DNA of 55,717 nt from Verrucomicrobiota bacterium (lineage in GTDB: Bacteria; Verrucomicrobiota; Verrucomicrobiia; Opitutales; Seribacteraceae), in NCBI GenBank assembly GCA_027622665.1, contig JAQBYT010000025.1, positions 1 through 55,717 of the forward strand, in the 5' to 3' direction. The translations under genes and the position numbers were made by a program. Every line of letters starts with the position of its first letter. The first letter of the stretch is position 1. Below are positions 31,968-42,318 of the stretch, one piece after another. The notes below the pieces were generated by a model, which saw only the letters and a list, made by a program, of their open reading frames with translations, was not told where the DNA came from and searched no databases.

Positions 31968-33329
31968 TCAGATCAACCGCAAACGCGCGGGCCCTTCCGC
32001 ATCGTCATCGGGAGCAGGTTGGTTCGCCTTGGCGATGAATTCGTCCTTGAACTTAGCGATAAAACTTTGAGTGGGCCATGCGGCGGCCTCGCCGAATGCG
32101 CAGATGGTGCGACCCTCGATTTGGTTGGCCACCGAAACGAGCAAGTCGGGATCTTCCTTCCTGGCTCCACCCGAGCACATGCGGGTAGTGATCTTGCGCA
32201 TCCATAGAGAACCTTCGCGACAGGGGGTGCATTGACCGCAGGACTCGTGGGCATAAAAGGCGTTGATGTTGGCCAATGCCTCGACGATGTCGACGCTGTC
32301 GTCCATAACTATTATGCCGCCTGAACCAGACATGGTGCCCGCAGCCATGGGGCCATCGAAATCTAGCGGAATATCGGTAATGCCCCAGTCGAAATCGGTT
32401 CCATCCTTCAGCGTACCGGTGAACCGCTCGTCTGCTCGAAGCACTTTGGCGGAAGAACCGCCGGGAATGACCGCTTTCAAACTTCTACCCGGATTCAGAC
32501 CACCACAGACATCGTAAATCATTTCACCGAGAGTCAGAGCACCGCACTCGAATTCAAAATATCCCGGTTTCTGAACCTGCCCGGAAACGCACCAGATACG
32601 AGTACCGGTATTATTGGGGATACCCAGCTGGGCAAATGCATCGCCGCCCATTTCCAAAATATGCTTAACGTTGCAGAGGGTCTCTACGTTGTTGACGATA
32701 GTTGGACACTGATAGACTCCCAACACGGCGGGGAAATAGGGAGGTTTGATCCTGGGGTGCGGTCGTTTGCCCTCGAGAGACTCGATCAGTCCGGTCTCCT
32801 CACCGCAGATATATGCTCCGGCCCCGCGATGCACAACGATATCACAGGAATAACCCGAACCCAAAACATTGTCACCGCACAAGTGCTTTGCCTTGGCCTC
32901 GGCAATGGCACGGTCGAGGATTCGAGCCCCTTCGAAAAATTCGGCTCGGATATATATGAAAGCCTGTTTGGCTTGGATCGCGTAGGCTGTGATCATCATC
33001 CCCTCAATCAATTGATGGGGGTCCTTGTAGATAATTTGCCGATCCTTGAAAGTTCCGGGTTCGGATTCGTCGGCATTACATATGAGGTAAATGGGCTTGC
33101 CCGACTTGCGATCGAGAAACTTCCATTTCATACCCGTGGGGAAACCTGCTCCTCCGCGACCCCGAAGACCAGACTTCATTACCTCCTCGCAAATGTCTTC
33201 GGGTTTCGATTTGACTGCTTTCTTAAGCATGTCGTACCCACCGTGCTCTAGATAGCAAGGCAGGTCGTTGGAGTACCCCTTGGCATCGGCGTACTTCAAA
33301 ATGATTCGTTTTTCTTTTGCTACCGCCAT
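31968..33329 (-). CDS. nuoF: NADH-quinone oxidoreductase subunit F
   Basis: SGLRGRGGAGFPTG, NADESEPGTFKDR, GAGAYICGEETGL and ESCGQCTPCREG. Confidence 0.98.
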   Translation of the reverse strand: MAVAKEKRIILKYADAKGYSNDLPCYLEHGGYDMLKKAVKSKPEDICEEVMKSGLRGRGGAGFPTGMKWKFLDRKSGKPIYLICNADESEPGTFKDRQIIYKDPHQLIEGMMITAYAIQAKQAFIYIRAEFFEGARILDRAIAEAKAKHLCGDNVLGSGYSCDIVVHRGAGAYICGEETGLIESLEGKRPHPRIKPPYFPAVLGVYQCPTIVNNVETLCNVKHILEMGGDAFAQLGIPNNTGTRIWCVSGQVQKPGYFEFECGALTLGEMIYDVCGGLNPGRSLKAVIPGGSSAKVLRADERFTGTLKDGTDFDWGITDIPLDFDGPMAAGTMSGSGGIIVMDDSVDIVEALANINAFYAHESCGQCTPCREGSLWMRKITTRMCSGGARKEDPDLLVSVANQIEGRTICAFGEAAAWPTQSFIAKFKDEFIAKANQPAPDDDAEGPARLRLI

Positions 33330-33335
33330 GTTGAT

Positions 33336-33908
33336 TTACTTTTTTCCAGCGCCTTTCTTCGTCAAGGCAACAGTCTTTGTACGAGGTTTGGCCAGTCCAT
33401 CTTCGTAACTCGTGAAATTCCGATCCTTGTCTAGCGTGCCATTCTTTACATGCTCGGCAAATTTTTCAGCGGATTGGCCCTGAATGTCCTCGTAAGTCTT
33501 TTCATCAACCATCACAACGGGGCCTTTGCCGCAATCGGCAAGACATTCCATGAATTCGATGGAAAATTCTCCGTCTTCGGAAACATGACCTTCCTTGACT
33601 TTAAGTTTTTCTTCAAGTGTGCGGCAAGTTTTGTACGAACCACGCAATGCGCAAGGAAGGGTTCGACAAACACGAACGTGAGTCTTCCCCCAAGGTTCCC
33701 TCCGAATCATGGGATAAAAAGTAACGACTTCGTAAATGTTCACAGGTTCCACCTCCAACCTCTCGGCAATCCACTCCATCGCCTCATCGGAGATGCAGCC
33801 TTTCTCGTCCTGCACCAAGTGGAGGACCATCAGGGTGGCGCTTCGCTTCTCCGGATAACGAGCGACGACCTCGTCGATCTTGGCTAAAGTCTTTTTGCTA
33901 AGTTCCAT
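33336..33908 (-). CDS. nuoE: NADH-quinone oxidoreductase subunit E
   Basis: VVTFYPM and the 2Fe-2S ligands VCRTLPC and ECLADC. Start at ATG 33908. Confidence 0.95.
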   Translation of the reverse strand: MELSKKTLAKIDEVVARYPEKRSATLMVLHLVQDEKGCISDEAMEWIAERLEVEPVNIYEVVTFYPMIRREPWGKTHVRVCRTLPCALRGSYKTCRTLEEKLKVKEGHVSEDGEFSIEFMECLADCGKGPVVMVDEKTYEDIQGQSAEKFAEHVKNGTLDKDRNFTSYEDGLAKPRTKTVALTKKGAGKK

Positions 33909-33927
33909 GAGGATTATTGCAATAAAA

Positions 33928-35157
33928 CTAGCGGTCGCACTCACCCATCACGAAATCCAGGCTACCCAGAATTACGGTGATATCGGAGAGCATGTGGCCA
34001 GGAGCCATTGTCTCGAGTATACTCAAGTTACAAAAGCTAGGAGCCCGAATCTTGAGTCGGTAGGGAACTCCGCCACCTTTCGAATAAATGTAGAATCCCA
34101 GTATGCCTTTCGGGTTTTCAGCTTCGAAGTAAACCTCTCCGGGAGGAACCTGAGGGCCTTCCGTAACTATCATGAAGTTCTGGATCAACTCCTCCATGCT
34201 GGTGAGGATTTTTTCCTTGGGCGGAGCAAAAATTTTCTTGGCGTCTTCGGCATACCATGAACCGCCGGGGAAATTGTCGATGACTTGCCTGACAATGCGA
34301 ATGCTCTGACGAATTTCCTCTATGCGCACGAGATATCGGTCGTAGCAGTCACCCTTTACGCCAATGGGAACATCGAAATCATACTGCTCGTAACCGCAGT
34401 AAGGTTTGTCCTTCCGCAAATCCAAGTCCACTCCCGAAGCTCGCAAGTTCGGTCCCGTGATGCCCCAAGCAAGAGCGTCCTCTTTGCTGATGATTCCGAT
34501 ATCCTCTGTGCGATCTAGAAATATTCGGTTCCGGGTAAGAAGTTTTTCTACCTCGGCGATCGCCTTGGGGAGTTCGTCGCAAAACTTGATTACGCGGCTC
34601 AACCAACCATCGGGCACGTCGCGAGAAACTCCTCCGATTCGAGTGTAACTGGTGGTGAAGCGGGCTCCCGTCAATTCCTCGAACAAAGTGTATAGCTTTT
34701 CACGTTCAGTAAAGGTGTACATGAAGGGCGTCCACGCACCCGCGTCCATGCCGAAGACACCCATGCCGAGCAGGTGACTGGAAATACGAGCCAGTTCGCA
34801 CACGAGCACGCGTATCGCTTGGCAACGCTCGGGAATCTCAATATCGGTCAATTTCTCGACGGCCAAAACATAGGCGACGTTGTTGGCGAGAGGGGCAATG
34901 TAGTCCAGGCGGTCGGTATAAGGGACAAACTGGTTGTAAGTCATGTTCTCGGCGATCTTCTCGTCACCGCGATGCAAGTAACCGAGTACAGGTTCACACT
35001 TGGCGATGAGATCGCCGTCCAACTCCATCATGAGCCGAAGCACACCATGAGTGGTCGGGTGAGATGGGCCCACGTTCAGGGTCATGCGTTCTCCATCGGC
35101 AGCCCTGGCGGCAACGTCGCCTACGCTCATTTCCTTTGTAACGGGCGTGGTACTCAT
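33928..35157 (-). CDS. nuoD: NADH-quinone oxidoreductase subunit D
   Basis: GPSHPTTHGVLRL, GYLHRG, TDRLDY and GSLDFVMGECDR. Confidence 0.97.
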   Translation of the reverse strand: MSTTPVTKEMSVGDVAARAADGERMTLNVGPSHPTTHGVLRLMMELDGDLIAKCEPVLGYLHRGDEKIAENMTYNQFVPYTDRLDYIAPLANNVAYVLAVEKLTDIEIPERCQAIRVLVCELARISSHLLGMGVFGMDAGAWTPFMYTFTEREKLYTLFEELTGARFTTSYTRIGGVSRDVPDGWLSRVIKFCDELPKAIAEVEKLLTRNRIFLDRTEDIGIISKEDALAWGITGPNLRASGVDLDLRKDKPYCGYEQYDFDVPIGVKGDCYDRYLVRIEEIRQSIRIVRQVIDNFPGGSWYAEDAKKIFAPPKEKILTSMEELIQNFMIVTEGPQVPPGEVYFEAENPKGILGFYIYSKGGGVPYRLKIRAPSFCNLSILETMAPGHMLSDITVILGSLDFVMGECDR

Positions 35158-35768
35158 AGGGTTTTCTCGACCTCCTCGGTCCAACTTTCATCCTTGGCTC
35201 GCGGTTCCGACTCGCTCACATTGCCTTCTGCTGGTGAAACAAAGGGTCCACCCATCATTGGAGCGGGCTTCACGGATACGTTCGTGACTTCCACAACGTC
35301 GGGTGCGGGCAGAGGGGTTTCGATCCCGGCAAGGGGGAATTCTTTGCGCAGGGGATGGTAGGGATACTCGTCCCACATAAGAATGCGCTTCAAGTTGGGA
35401 TGGCCTGCAAAAGTTATGCCGAACATGTCGAAAACTTCCCGTTCGTGCCAATCCGCAGCAGGATAAATGGCGGCCAAGCTGGGCACGTCGGGTTTATCGT
35501 TGCATGGGCAATCGCAAGCGATTCGCAGGTAGATTTTAAGAGCCAAGGAATAGAAATGGTACAGCGTAGTGAAGCGAGGCGAGTTCTCTTGCCCCCAGTC
35601 AAGCGCCGTTAGATCCACCAACATTTCAAAACCCTCGCGATCGCGAAGCGATGTAGCCAATTCCACCAAGTTTTCCGGCGGACAAAAATAAGACAAGCAA
35701 TCCTTCGAAGTGCGTTTAGAGAGAAAGGCGAAGCGCTCCACAAGCCTCTGGGCCAATTCCTCGTCCAT
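35154..35768 (-). CDS. nuoC: NADH-quinone oxidoreductase subunit C
   Basis: ADWHEREVFDMFGITFAGHPNLKRIL and HPLRKEFP. An alternative start lies at 35783. Confidence 0.95.
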   Translation of the reverse strand: MDEELAQRLVERFAFLSKRTSKDCLSYFCPPENLVELATSLRDREGFEMLVDLTALDWGQENSPRFTTLYHFYSLALKIYLRIACDCPCNDKPDVPSLAAIYPAADWHEREVFDMFGITFAGHPNLKRILMWDEYPYHPLRKEFPLAGIETPLPAPDVVEVTNVSVKPAPMMGGPFVSPAEGNVSESEPRAKDESWTEEVEKTL

Positions 35769-35779
35769 AAGACAGAAAC

Positions 35780-36304
35780 TCAAGCGACCGAAGCGATCCC
35801 TTGTGACTTGCGCAGGTTGCGAACGGAAGGCTCGCGTCCGATTTTGTCTTGGAGCTTGATCATTGCATCAAGCAAAGCCTCCGGACGAGGTGGGCATCCG
35901 CTAACGTACACGTCGACGGGAATAATGTTGTCCACTCCCTGCAGCACGGCATAGGAGCGATACATGCCACCCGTAGAAGCGCAAGCTCCCATGGCGACCA
36001 CCCACTTGGGGTCTCCCATTTGGTCATAAATCCGACGAACGACTTCGGCCATTTTGTAGGTTACCGTGCCCGCAACGATCATACAATCGGCCTGTCGCGG
36101 CGAAAATCTCATGACCTCCATGCCAAAACGTGAAATGTCGAACTTGGGAGCTGCAGTGGCCATCAGTTCAATCGCACAGCAGGCAAGACCCATGGGCATG
36201 GGCCAAACTGAGTGCTGGCGTATCCAGTTCACTACTGCATCGGCTCGGGTGACAACTATTTCCCCCTCAACCTTGCTATCGTAAACAATTTCCTTAGTAG
36301 ACAT
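35780..36304 (-). CDS. nuoB: NADH-quinone oxidoreductase subunit B
   Basis: [23 protein letters not shown] and GCPPRPE. Confidence 0.98.
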   Translation of the reverse strand: MSTKEIVYDSKVEGEIVVTRADAVVNWIRQHSVWPMPMGLACCAIELMATAAPKFDISRFGMEVMRFSPRQADCMIVAGTVTYKMAEVVRRIYDQMGDPKWVVAMGACASTGGMYRSYAVLQGVDNIIPVDVYVSGCPPRPEALLDAMIKLQDKIGREPSVRNLRKSQGIASVA

Positions 36305-36484
36305 TAAAAAAAATGGTTATAATTCTTCTTATGGACATCTTGGACAACCGGCAAACCTCAAAAAAAAGAATTAGCATTCCGAATCGAAGATAACAGAAAC
36401 TTTATTCCATGGCTTCGATGTTTCTTTAGGCATTGACTAGACGAATATGCGAAACATCCTGCAATCCGACCCTGAGGCACTTTA

Positions 36485-36572
<88 letters not shown>

Positions 36573-36583
36573 TATCGGTCAGA

Positions 36584-39500
36584 TCAAGATTCCCGCACAA
36601 ACACTTTGGCTCCGGTGGAGAAGCGAGCCTCGGATAATTCGAGTACGGCGGGAGCAGAGATGGCTTCCCCACCAGCAACAGCAGTTGCCTGACCAGTTAC
36701 GAGCACGGAAGTCTTGCCGTAGAGGTTGAGGGTTTCACCGTCATTTGGAGAAAGCACATTCCCCGAGTTCAGCCAACGACGAAGCTCTAGTTGGCTCCAA
36801 CTACGATAAGGCTCTCGATTCCCAAGTAGGTTTTCCGCAAAACGAATGGATGCAGTTTTCCAAAGGCTGTTGGAAAGTTCAGACGATTCAGTCATTGCTT
36901 TTTGCATCGACTCGGTAGTCAACCAGAGGGACGTCACTGAGGTGTCGGCAACGACGTTGGCGGTACGAGGAACTCCGGCCAATACAGCCATTTCACCGAT
37001 AACGGCGCCACGTCCCATGATGTCGACGACCAAATCGCCAATCGACACTTTGACGCTTCCTCCGGTTATCACGGTCATCCCGTCACCCGCTCCTCCTTGG
37101 TCCATGATCCGCTGGCCCGAAGAGTAGGATCGTTGCTCGGAAAGTCCTACGATTTGGGAGATAACTGTATCGGGTAATCCTTTCAACCAGGTGACTTCGC
37201 GCAAGACCTCTTCTGGCGAAGGAATCCGAAGCTCGAGAGAACTCTCCATCACATTCTTCATCCGTTCCTCGACGTCGAGGAGCAGCCGGTCCGACTCGTC
37301 GGCTTCGAGGGAACCGGCTTTGCGTAGTTTCTTTATCGTATTGCGCTCGTGGTTAAGAACGGAACGGATGGCATCCTTGGTTTCTATCCCCACTGTGACC
37401 TCCGGATAAGCTTCATGCATTTCCTTGAGGAAATTGAGGCCATGCAAGCGGTTTTCCCGAATCTCGTTCTTGAGTAGATTGGCAGTTTCGGTCACCTTCT
37501 TGGGATCTCCACTTTCGTCTAGGTCGGAAACAAACCCATCCACCATTTTGGCCACGTCCTGCTGAGCAACGACAAAGGCTTTGGCTGAATCATAGCTTAC
37601 GGTCAGGCGGTCGACGAACATACCCTTCAATACGGGAACGTTCTTTAAGGCTTCAAGGAGCTTGGGTATGCCGCACACCTTGTCCAGATATTCGCGCTGG
37701 GTCAGTGGTGCCTTGCCCTCCAAGTCCAGAAACTCGCTCAAGTTGTTGTCGAGCAAGGCAACTCCTTGGGCACTCAGGAGACCTTCACGAAACTGTGCCC
37801 AATAACTGCTGCTTTCCTTCTGCAGCAGACGTCGCCTGGTTTCCGCCAAGGTATCCATCCCCGCAACCTCGTCAGCCGTCAACGGGTAGGCCACGGGGTC
37901 GGGCAAATACTTGCGCACTACACCCCAGTTGGCACCGCCGAGAAAGCGGTCGTCCTTAAGGAGATTCATTTCCTGCTCGCAACCTTTGGCCACTTTGCCC
38001 GAGGCATTGGAAAACATTAGCTTCTTAACTGCGGGCAATGCAGTCAATCCGAGTCCGTTTACCAAAGGCTTAACGGTGGTCGCGTTGACCAGCAAGGTAA
38101 GCAATACTACCCCGGAAATATAAAAAAGAAATTGGTCCCTAACTCGGGAACTGATACCTACCAAAGAGGCCGTGGCCACGGCGCCGGAGCCTTCGCCTAC
38201 AATAATAACCACTTTGTCCTTCGAAGCCAGTTCATCGCGGATGCTCATGGCTTCCTGAGTAGAAGTCTTGGAATTCAAGCTTTTTTCAGCGAAATGTGCG
38301 TCCTGAGAAATGGCAGTGACTTTACCATTGGTAATGGTCGCTTTGGCCTCTGAAGATGAATTAGATGCTATTAACCTTAGTTTCTTATAAAGATGGGTTT
38401 TTTCAGCCCCACGATGCTTCGCTTCATCATCCTTGTTCACAATGAATACAGAGGTCGTAGCCTCTTTGTAGCCTGACCCTCCGGATCCAAGCTCGAATTC
38501 GTAGTGGAAATGCTCGGAATACACCACCAGAGCCAGAGCCAAGCCAATCGCTCCGCGAAGCCCCCCCCACCATACGACTACTGCGTCCTTCCCCGGCAAA
38601 CCGTAGCCCGTCCTTTTCATAAGCGGATAGAACATCGCAATGTTTATTGCCCTGGTCAAATGGATGGCCAAGTAAATGAGGCAGAGGATAACGTAGTCCA
38701 TTCCAGTAGGATCGACGTTTTGGGCAATAATCACGCCGACCACGATAAAGATGATGACGTTCGAGATAAAGGCCGCCAGTTCCCAGAACTCGTGCATAAA
38801 GTGAGCCACCTCAGGGCTTATTCGCTTGGCTCCAACACCAGCCATGAGGATGCCCAAGGCCACCAACCCCAAAACTCCCGAAACTTGAAAGAAATGCTCG
38901 CAGATGAAGAAAACGGCATAGGAAGTGACTAGCACCAACGTAATCTCGATCATCGCATCGTTGAAGACCTTGCGCAGCCAAAGTATACAAACGATGCCGA
39001 TAAGCACTCCCACGAGGGCACCCGCGCCTCCAATTGAACCAAATCCCAAGGCAGCGTCTACGACAAAGTCTCCCAGTCCAGTGAAAATTTGAGCACCGGT
39101 TACGAGACCGATAAGAAGCATAAAGGCAACGATCGCGGTACCATCGTTAAGGAGCGACTCGCCTTCGATCAATGTTCCCAGCTTTTTGCTAGCCCCGAGT
39201 TCTTTGAGCAAAGCTACTACAGCAACTGGGTCGGTAGCGCTCGCAACTGCACCCAATAACATAGAAGCCAACCACACAAAGGACATCGCGCTCGGGGTGT
39301 CCACATGCCATTGCGACAGCACACCCCCTTCCCCACCAAAGAATTGCACCATCCCCCAGAAGCACAGTCCCGTCATAAGTGTTGCCGTAACGATACCCGG
39401 CCCGGCCAGGTACAGGGCGTTGCCCACAGACTTCTTGAAAGTGTGGACGTCCAAGGCGAATCCGGCCTCGAAAATGAGGATGGGAAGGAATACGTACAGA

Positions 39501-39931
39501 ATGAGGTGCCCATCCATATTGCCGCCCCAAGTGATCGCCGCACTCAGCGTATGAACAATCTTGTGCCACAATCCGTCGTCGTGGTGCTCTCCCCCTTCGG
39601 CATGCTCGGCGTGTCCGGTTTCGGCGTGCTCCTCATGTCCGGGTTCGGCGTGTCCGGGTTCGGCGTGTCCGGGTTCGGCGTGCTCGGCGTGACCGGCTTC
39701 AGCGTGCTCGGCGGTAGCAGTGCCTGCCTTATCTATATAAATCCGATTCAGTCCTCCCATTCCCAAACCGATAAGCAAAAGAAGAACCGTAAACGGGAGA
39801 GGAACTTTCTTCAGAAAATGACTAGTCGCAGCCCCGACGACTAGCGCGAGAATCAAGAAGAAGAGACCGTATAAGTAACCGTGCCCACCAGAAGAGGCGA
39901 GAAGGGAAGGCGAAAGGGAAATTAAGTTCAT
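36584..39931 (-). CDS. CPA1 Na+/H+ antiporter with long cytoplasmic tail and cyclic-nucleotide-binding domain (SOS1/SLC9C-like)
   Basis: VFLPILIFEAG, SATDPVAVV, IEGESLLNDG, WWGGLRGAIGLAL and TLLVNATT, followed by a helical domain and a CNBD with IGEMAVLAGVPRTANV. Confidence 0.92.
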   Translation of the reverse strand: MNLISLSPSLLASSGGHGYLYGLFFLILALVVGAATSHFLKKVPLPFTVLLLLIGLGMGGLNRIYIDKAGTATAEHAEAGHAEHAEPGHAEPGHAEPGHEEHAETGHAEHAEGGEHHDDGLWHKIVHTLSAAITWGGNMDGHLILYVFLPILIFEAGFALDVHTFKKSVGNALYLAGPGIVTATLMTGLCFWGMVQFFGGEGGVLSQWHVDTPSAMSFVWLASMLLGAVASATDPVAVVALLKELGASKKLGTLIEGESLLNDGTAIVAFMLLIGLVTGAQIFTGLGDFVVDAALGFGSIGGAGALVGVLIGIVCILWLRKVFNDAMIEITLVLVTSYAVFFICEHFFQVSGVLGLVALGILMAGVGAKRISPEVAHFMHEFWELAAFISNVIIFIVVGVIIAQNVDPTGMDYVILCLIYLAIHLTRAINIAMFYPLMKRTGYGLPGKDAVVVWWGGLRGAIGLALALVVYSEHFHYEFELGSGGSGYKEATTSVFIVNKDDEAKHRGAEKTHLYKKLRLIASNSSSEAKATITNGKVTAISQDAHFAEKSLNSKTSTQEAMSIRDELASKDKVVIIVGEGSGAVATASLVGISSRVRDQFLFYISGVVLLTLLVNATTVKPLVNGLGLTALPAVKKLMFSNASGKVAKGCEQEMNLLKDDRFLGGANWGVVRKYLPDPVAYPLTADEVAGMDTLAETRRRLLQKESSSYWAQFREGLLSAQGVALLDNNLSEFLDLEGKAPLTQREYLDKVCGIPKLLEALKNVPVLKGMFVDRLTVSYDSAKAFVVAQQDVAKMVDGFVSDLDESGDPKKVTETANLLKNEIRENRLHGLNFLKEMHEAYPEVTVGIETKDAIRSVLNHERNTIKKLRKAGSLEADESDRLLLDVEERMKNVMESSLELRIPSPEEVLREVTWLKGLPDTVISQIVGLSEQRSYSSGQRIMDQGGAGDGMTVITGGSVKVSIGDLVVDIMGRGAVIGEMAVLAGVPRTANVVADTSVTSLWLTTESMQKAMTESSELSNSLWKTASIRFAENLLGNREPYRSWSQLELRRWLNSGNVLSPNDGETLNLYGKTSVLVTGQATAVAGGEAISAPAVLELSEARFSTGAKVFVRES
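39636..39682. repeat. 15-bp in-frame tandem repeat (TGTCCGGGTTCGGCG x3) encoding HAEPG
   Basis: Three perfect copies at 39636, 39651 and 39666, within degenerate copies spanning ~39581-39712. Confidence 0.9.
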
Positions 39932-39994
39932 GAGCAGGAAGTGGTTTTCGCAATATTCAACCAATCAAACCCCCATTGCCAAGGAAAAAGACCT

Positions 39995-40993
39995 TCAAGG
40001 CAATTCGAACAAACGCCCCGGCAAAGAGTGCTTCGGAGCAGGAGGGATTTTCCTTTGAGGGGGCTCGACAGAAGTTTTCAATAGTGAATCCGGGCGTGGA
40101 GAAACTCGGCTTGGAGGTCGTCCCAGAAATTCCTCCAAAGGGTTTGAAGAACTGGGTCGATCGGGAGAAGGCTGGACCGAGGCAGGCAGGGGGGCGGGCT
40201 GGGCAGTCTCATGGGGAACGGGGGCTACCGGCACTACCTCGAAAGTGTCGACTCCCTTCGCATCCCCCACAACGGCTCGAAAACGCTTTGCGATGGATTC
40301 GTCCTGAGCTTTTGTGACGATTGCCAAGGAACGCTCGAATGATGAAAGATTTTCGAAGCCACCGACCAGAAAAGAGGTCTTGGTCATTTTCCCCAAGTCA
40401 ACGTACACTAGGTCGCCAAATCCACGCCCACCGGGTTTAACAAAGAGTAATTCGCCCGGCAACAATTGAGTGGCTCGCTTGGACTGAACGTCAGTAACAC
40501 GAACTCGACCTAACATACCTACTATTTTAAGCCCACCATTCGGCTCCACTTCCAACATGACGGTTCCCATTCCATCCAAGGAGATTTCCGCTTCCGGACT
40601 CTTCAAGGTGAGCAATGCCCCCATCTTTCGGGTCCGATAGAGCAAGGACCCTTCATAGACCACAATGCCTTTCTCCTCGATCATAAAAATCGTCTCACTA
40701 CCAAAACGCAAGGTCCGCCCGGCCGCCAGGGTTTCCAAGCCACTCCTCGGTCGCACCGATACCCGCGCCCCTTGGGGGAGATAAGAAGCCCGACCCACGG
40801 TCTTGGCTCCATCGGAGGAACTAATTAATGCTCCATCACCGATAGTTGCGGAAACTAAGAAAAGATTTTTTGCTTCGCTATCGGAAATGAATGTCAACGC
40901 TAACCAAAATGCCGTACCGAAGAGGATGGTGCGCCAACCAAAAACGTTTCCAGACAATGTTAAATATGAATTCACGAACAAGCTCTTCTTCAT
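39995..40993 (-). CDS. Exported FecR-like domain protein with Pro-rich C-terminus
   Basis: Signal/TM segment, then FecR-like beta pattern (TLRFGSETIF, YEGSLL, GGLKIVGMLGRVRV, LLPGELLFV) and a Pro/Ser-rich tail. Confidence 0.7.
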   Translation of the reverse strand: MKKSLFVNSYLTLSGNVFGWRTILFGTAFWLALTFISDSEAKNLFLVSATIGDGALISSSDGAKTVGRASYLPQGARVSVRPRSGLETLAAGRTLRFGSETIFMIEEKGIVVYEGSLLYRTRKMGALLTLKSPEAEISLDGMGTVMLEVEPNGGLKIVGMLGRVRVTDVQSKRATQLLPGELLFVKPGGRGFGDLVYVDLGKMTKTSFLVGGFENLSSFERSLAIVTKAQDESIAKRFRAVVGDAKGVDTFEVVPVAPVPHETAQPAPLPASVQPSPDRPSSSNPLEEFLGRPPSRVSPRPDSLLKTSVEPPQRKIPPAPKHSLPGRLFELP

Positions 40994-41011
40994 GCCTAGC
41001 AATCCTCGAAA

Positions 41012-42151
41012 CTAGAAGCGGTAGTTCCCCGTCAAGGCGGCACCGATATCCCACGCTCGGAACTTGGAGGATTGATCCAACAAAGCTTCGCCCTTCTCGT
41101 TGGTGAACATTTTAGAATAATTAATGAATGTCTGAACACCCAGCCACTCACGAAACTGATAAATACCAGAGGCACCGAGAGTAAACAGGTAATCCACTCG
41201 ACCTTGGTGGTCATTGTTTTTGTAAGAAGTGCGAGCAAACCCAAGACTCGGCATTAACAAAAGTTTCCCGTCGGGTCCAAAGGAATGTATATAGGTCGCA
41301 TTGAGCGCAGTCTGAAGGTTGTCTCCATCATCGGCAAAGACGCCCGGAATGGGAAAGCCATCATAGCCATTTTGTATCACGCGTTTGGTATTGGCGTACT
41401 TGATCATCGAATCGATCATCAAGAACGATTTCTCGGTAAAGGGTAAGATTTTCTGGATCGAGAAAGTGGGTGCCACCGCATCGAACATTTTGTCTCCCGA
41501 GGAAATACTGCTCAGGTAATCGTACTCCAAACCTAATCCCAAACTCCAATCGTCGGGCAATCCAATGGCCGCCGAACCCTTGATCATGCTAAAATGATAC
41601 CCAAGCAAGTCCTTGACCGTTTTTTCCCCGTAATGGGCCCATTGAGTCATGTAGTCGATCCTGGGGATCAAAGTAATGTAATCACCAATTCTAGTGGGAC
41701 GAATGCCCAAGCCCGCTCCTGCATTGAATTCGTAGACGCCGGATCCCATGGTATTCGCTTTGGTGCGCAAAACGTTATTTGTGTAATACATGCGAGTTCC
41801 TGCAGACAAGGAGGCATTCAAAAGAGGTTCGCCCGTAGAAGTGGATGGCGAACCGGCGGCGCCATCCGGGGATAACCGAGGCGGAGGGACGTTTCCAGTG
41901 GCAGGAGGTGGAAGTGAATGTGTCGAGGGCACTGGTGATGCTGGCGCCACGGTGCGTAAAGGCACTCCCACCTCAACGATTTCCTGCAACCCCAAGTTGG
42001 AGTGAAAACCCTGAAATCCCGGACGGGAAGGTGTCGCGGCAGGAACGACAACGGCTTGCCCGAATGATTCACTTGAGACGAAGGCAAGATTCGCCAAGGC
42101 AAACAAAGAGGAGAGAGTAAGAATCCGGATGTGCAAAAGGCTGCGGGTCAT
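41012..42151 (-). CDS. Outer-membrane beta-barrel protein
   Basis: Signal peptide, Pro-rich linker, amphipathic strands starting YYTNNV, and a C-terminal beta-signal ALTGNYRF. Confidence 0.8.
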   Translation of the reverse strand: MTRSLLHIRILTLSSLFALANLAFVSSESFGQAVVVPAATPSRPGFQGFHSNLGLQEIVEVGVPLRTVAPASPVPSTHSLPPPATGNVPPPRLSPDGAAGSPSTSTGEPLLNASLSAGTRMYYTNNVLRTKANTMGSGVYEFNAGAGLGIRPTRIGDYITLIPRIDYMTQWAHYGEKTVKDLLGYHFSMIKGSAAIGLPDDWSLGLGLEYDYLSSISSGDKMFDAVAPTFSIQKILPFTEKSFLMIDSMIKYANTKRVIQNGYDGFPIPGVFADDGDNLQTALNATYIHSFGPDGKLLLMPSLGFARTSYKNNDHQGRVDYLFTLGASGIYQFREWLGVQTFINYSKMFTNEKGEALLDQSSKFRAWDIGAALTGNYRF

Positions 42152-42318
42152 CACGATAAATGAAAAGAAAATTCAATCATGGATAGACAGTCTTGCCAAT
42201 GATAATGTTTTTCTTGAACCGATCAAGAATTATGCAGTGATTGAACATTATTTCGGCCAAGGTTAAACGCAAGAGGAACGAGAAAAGAGAGCATGCCGAA
42301 AAGCCTGAAAGTCACGAC

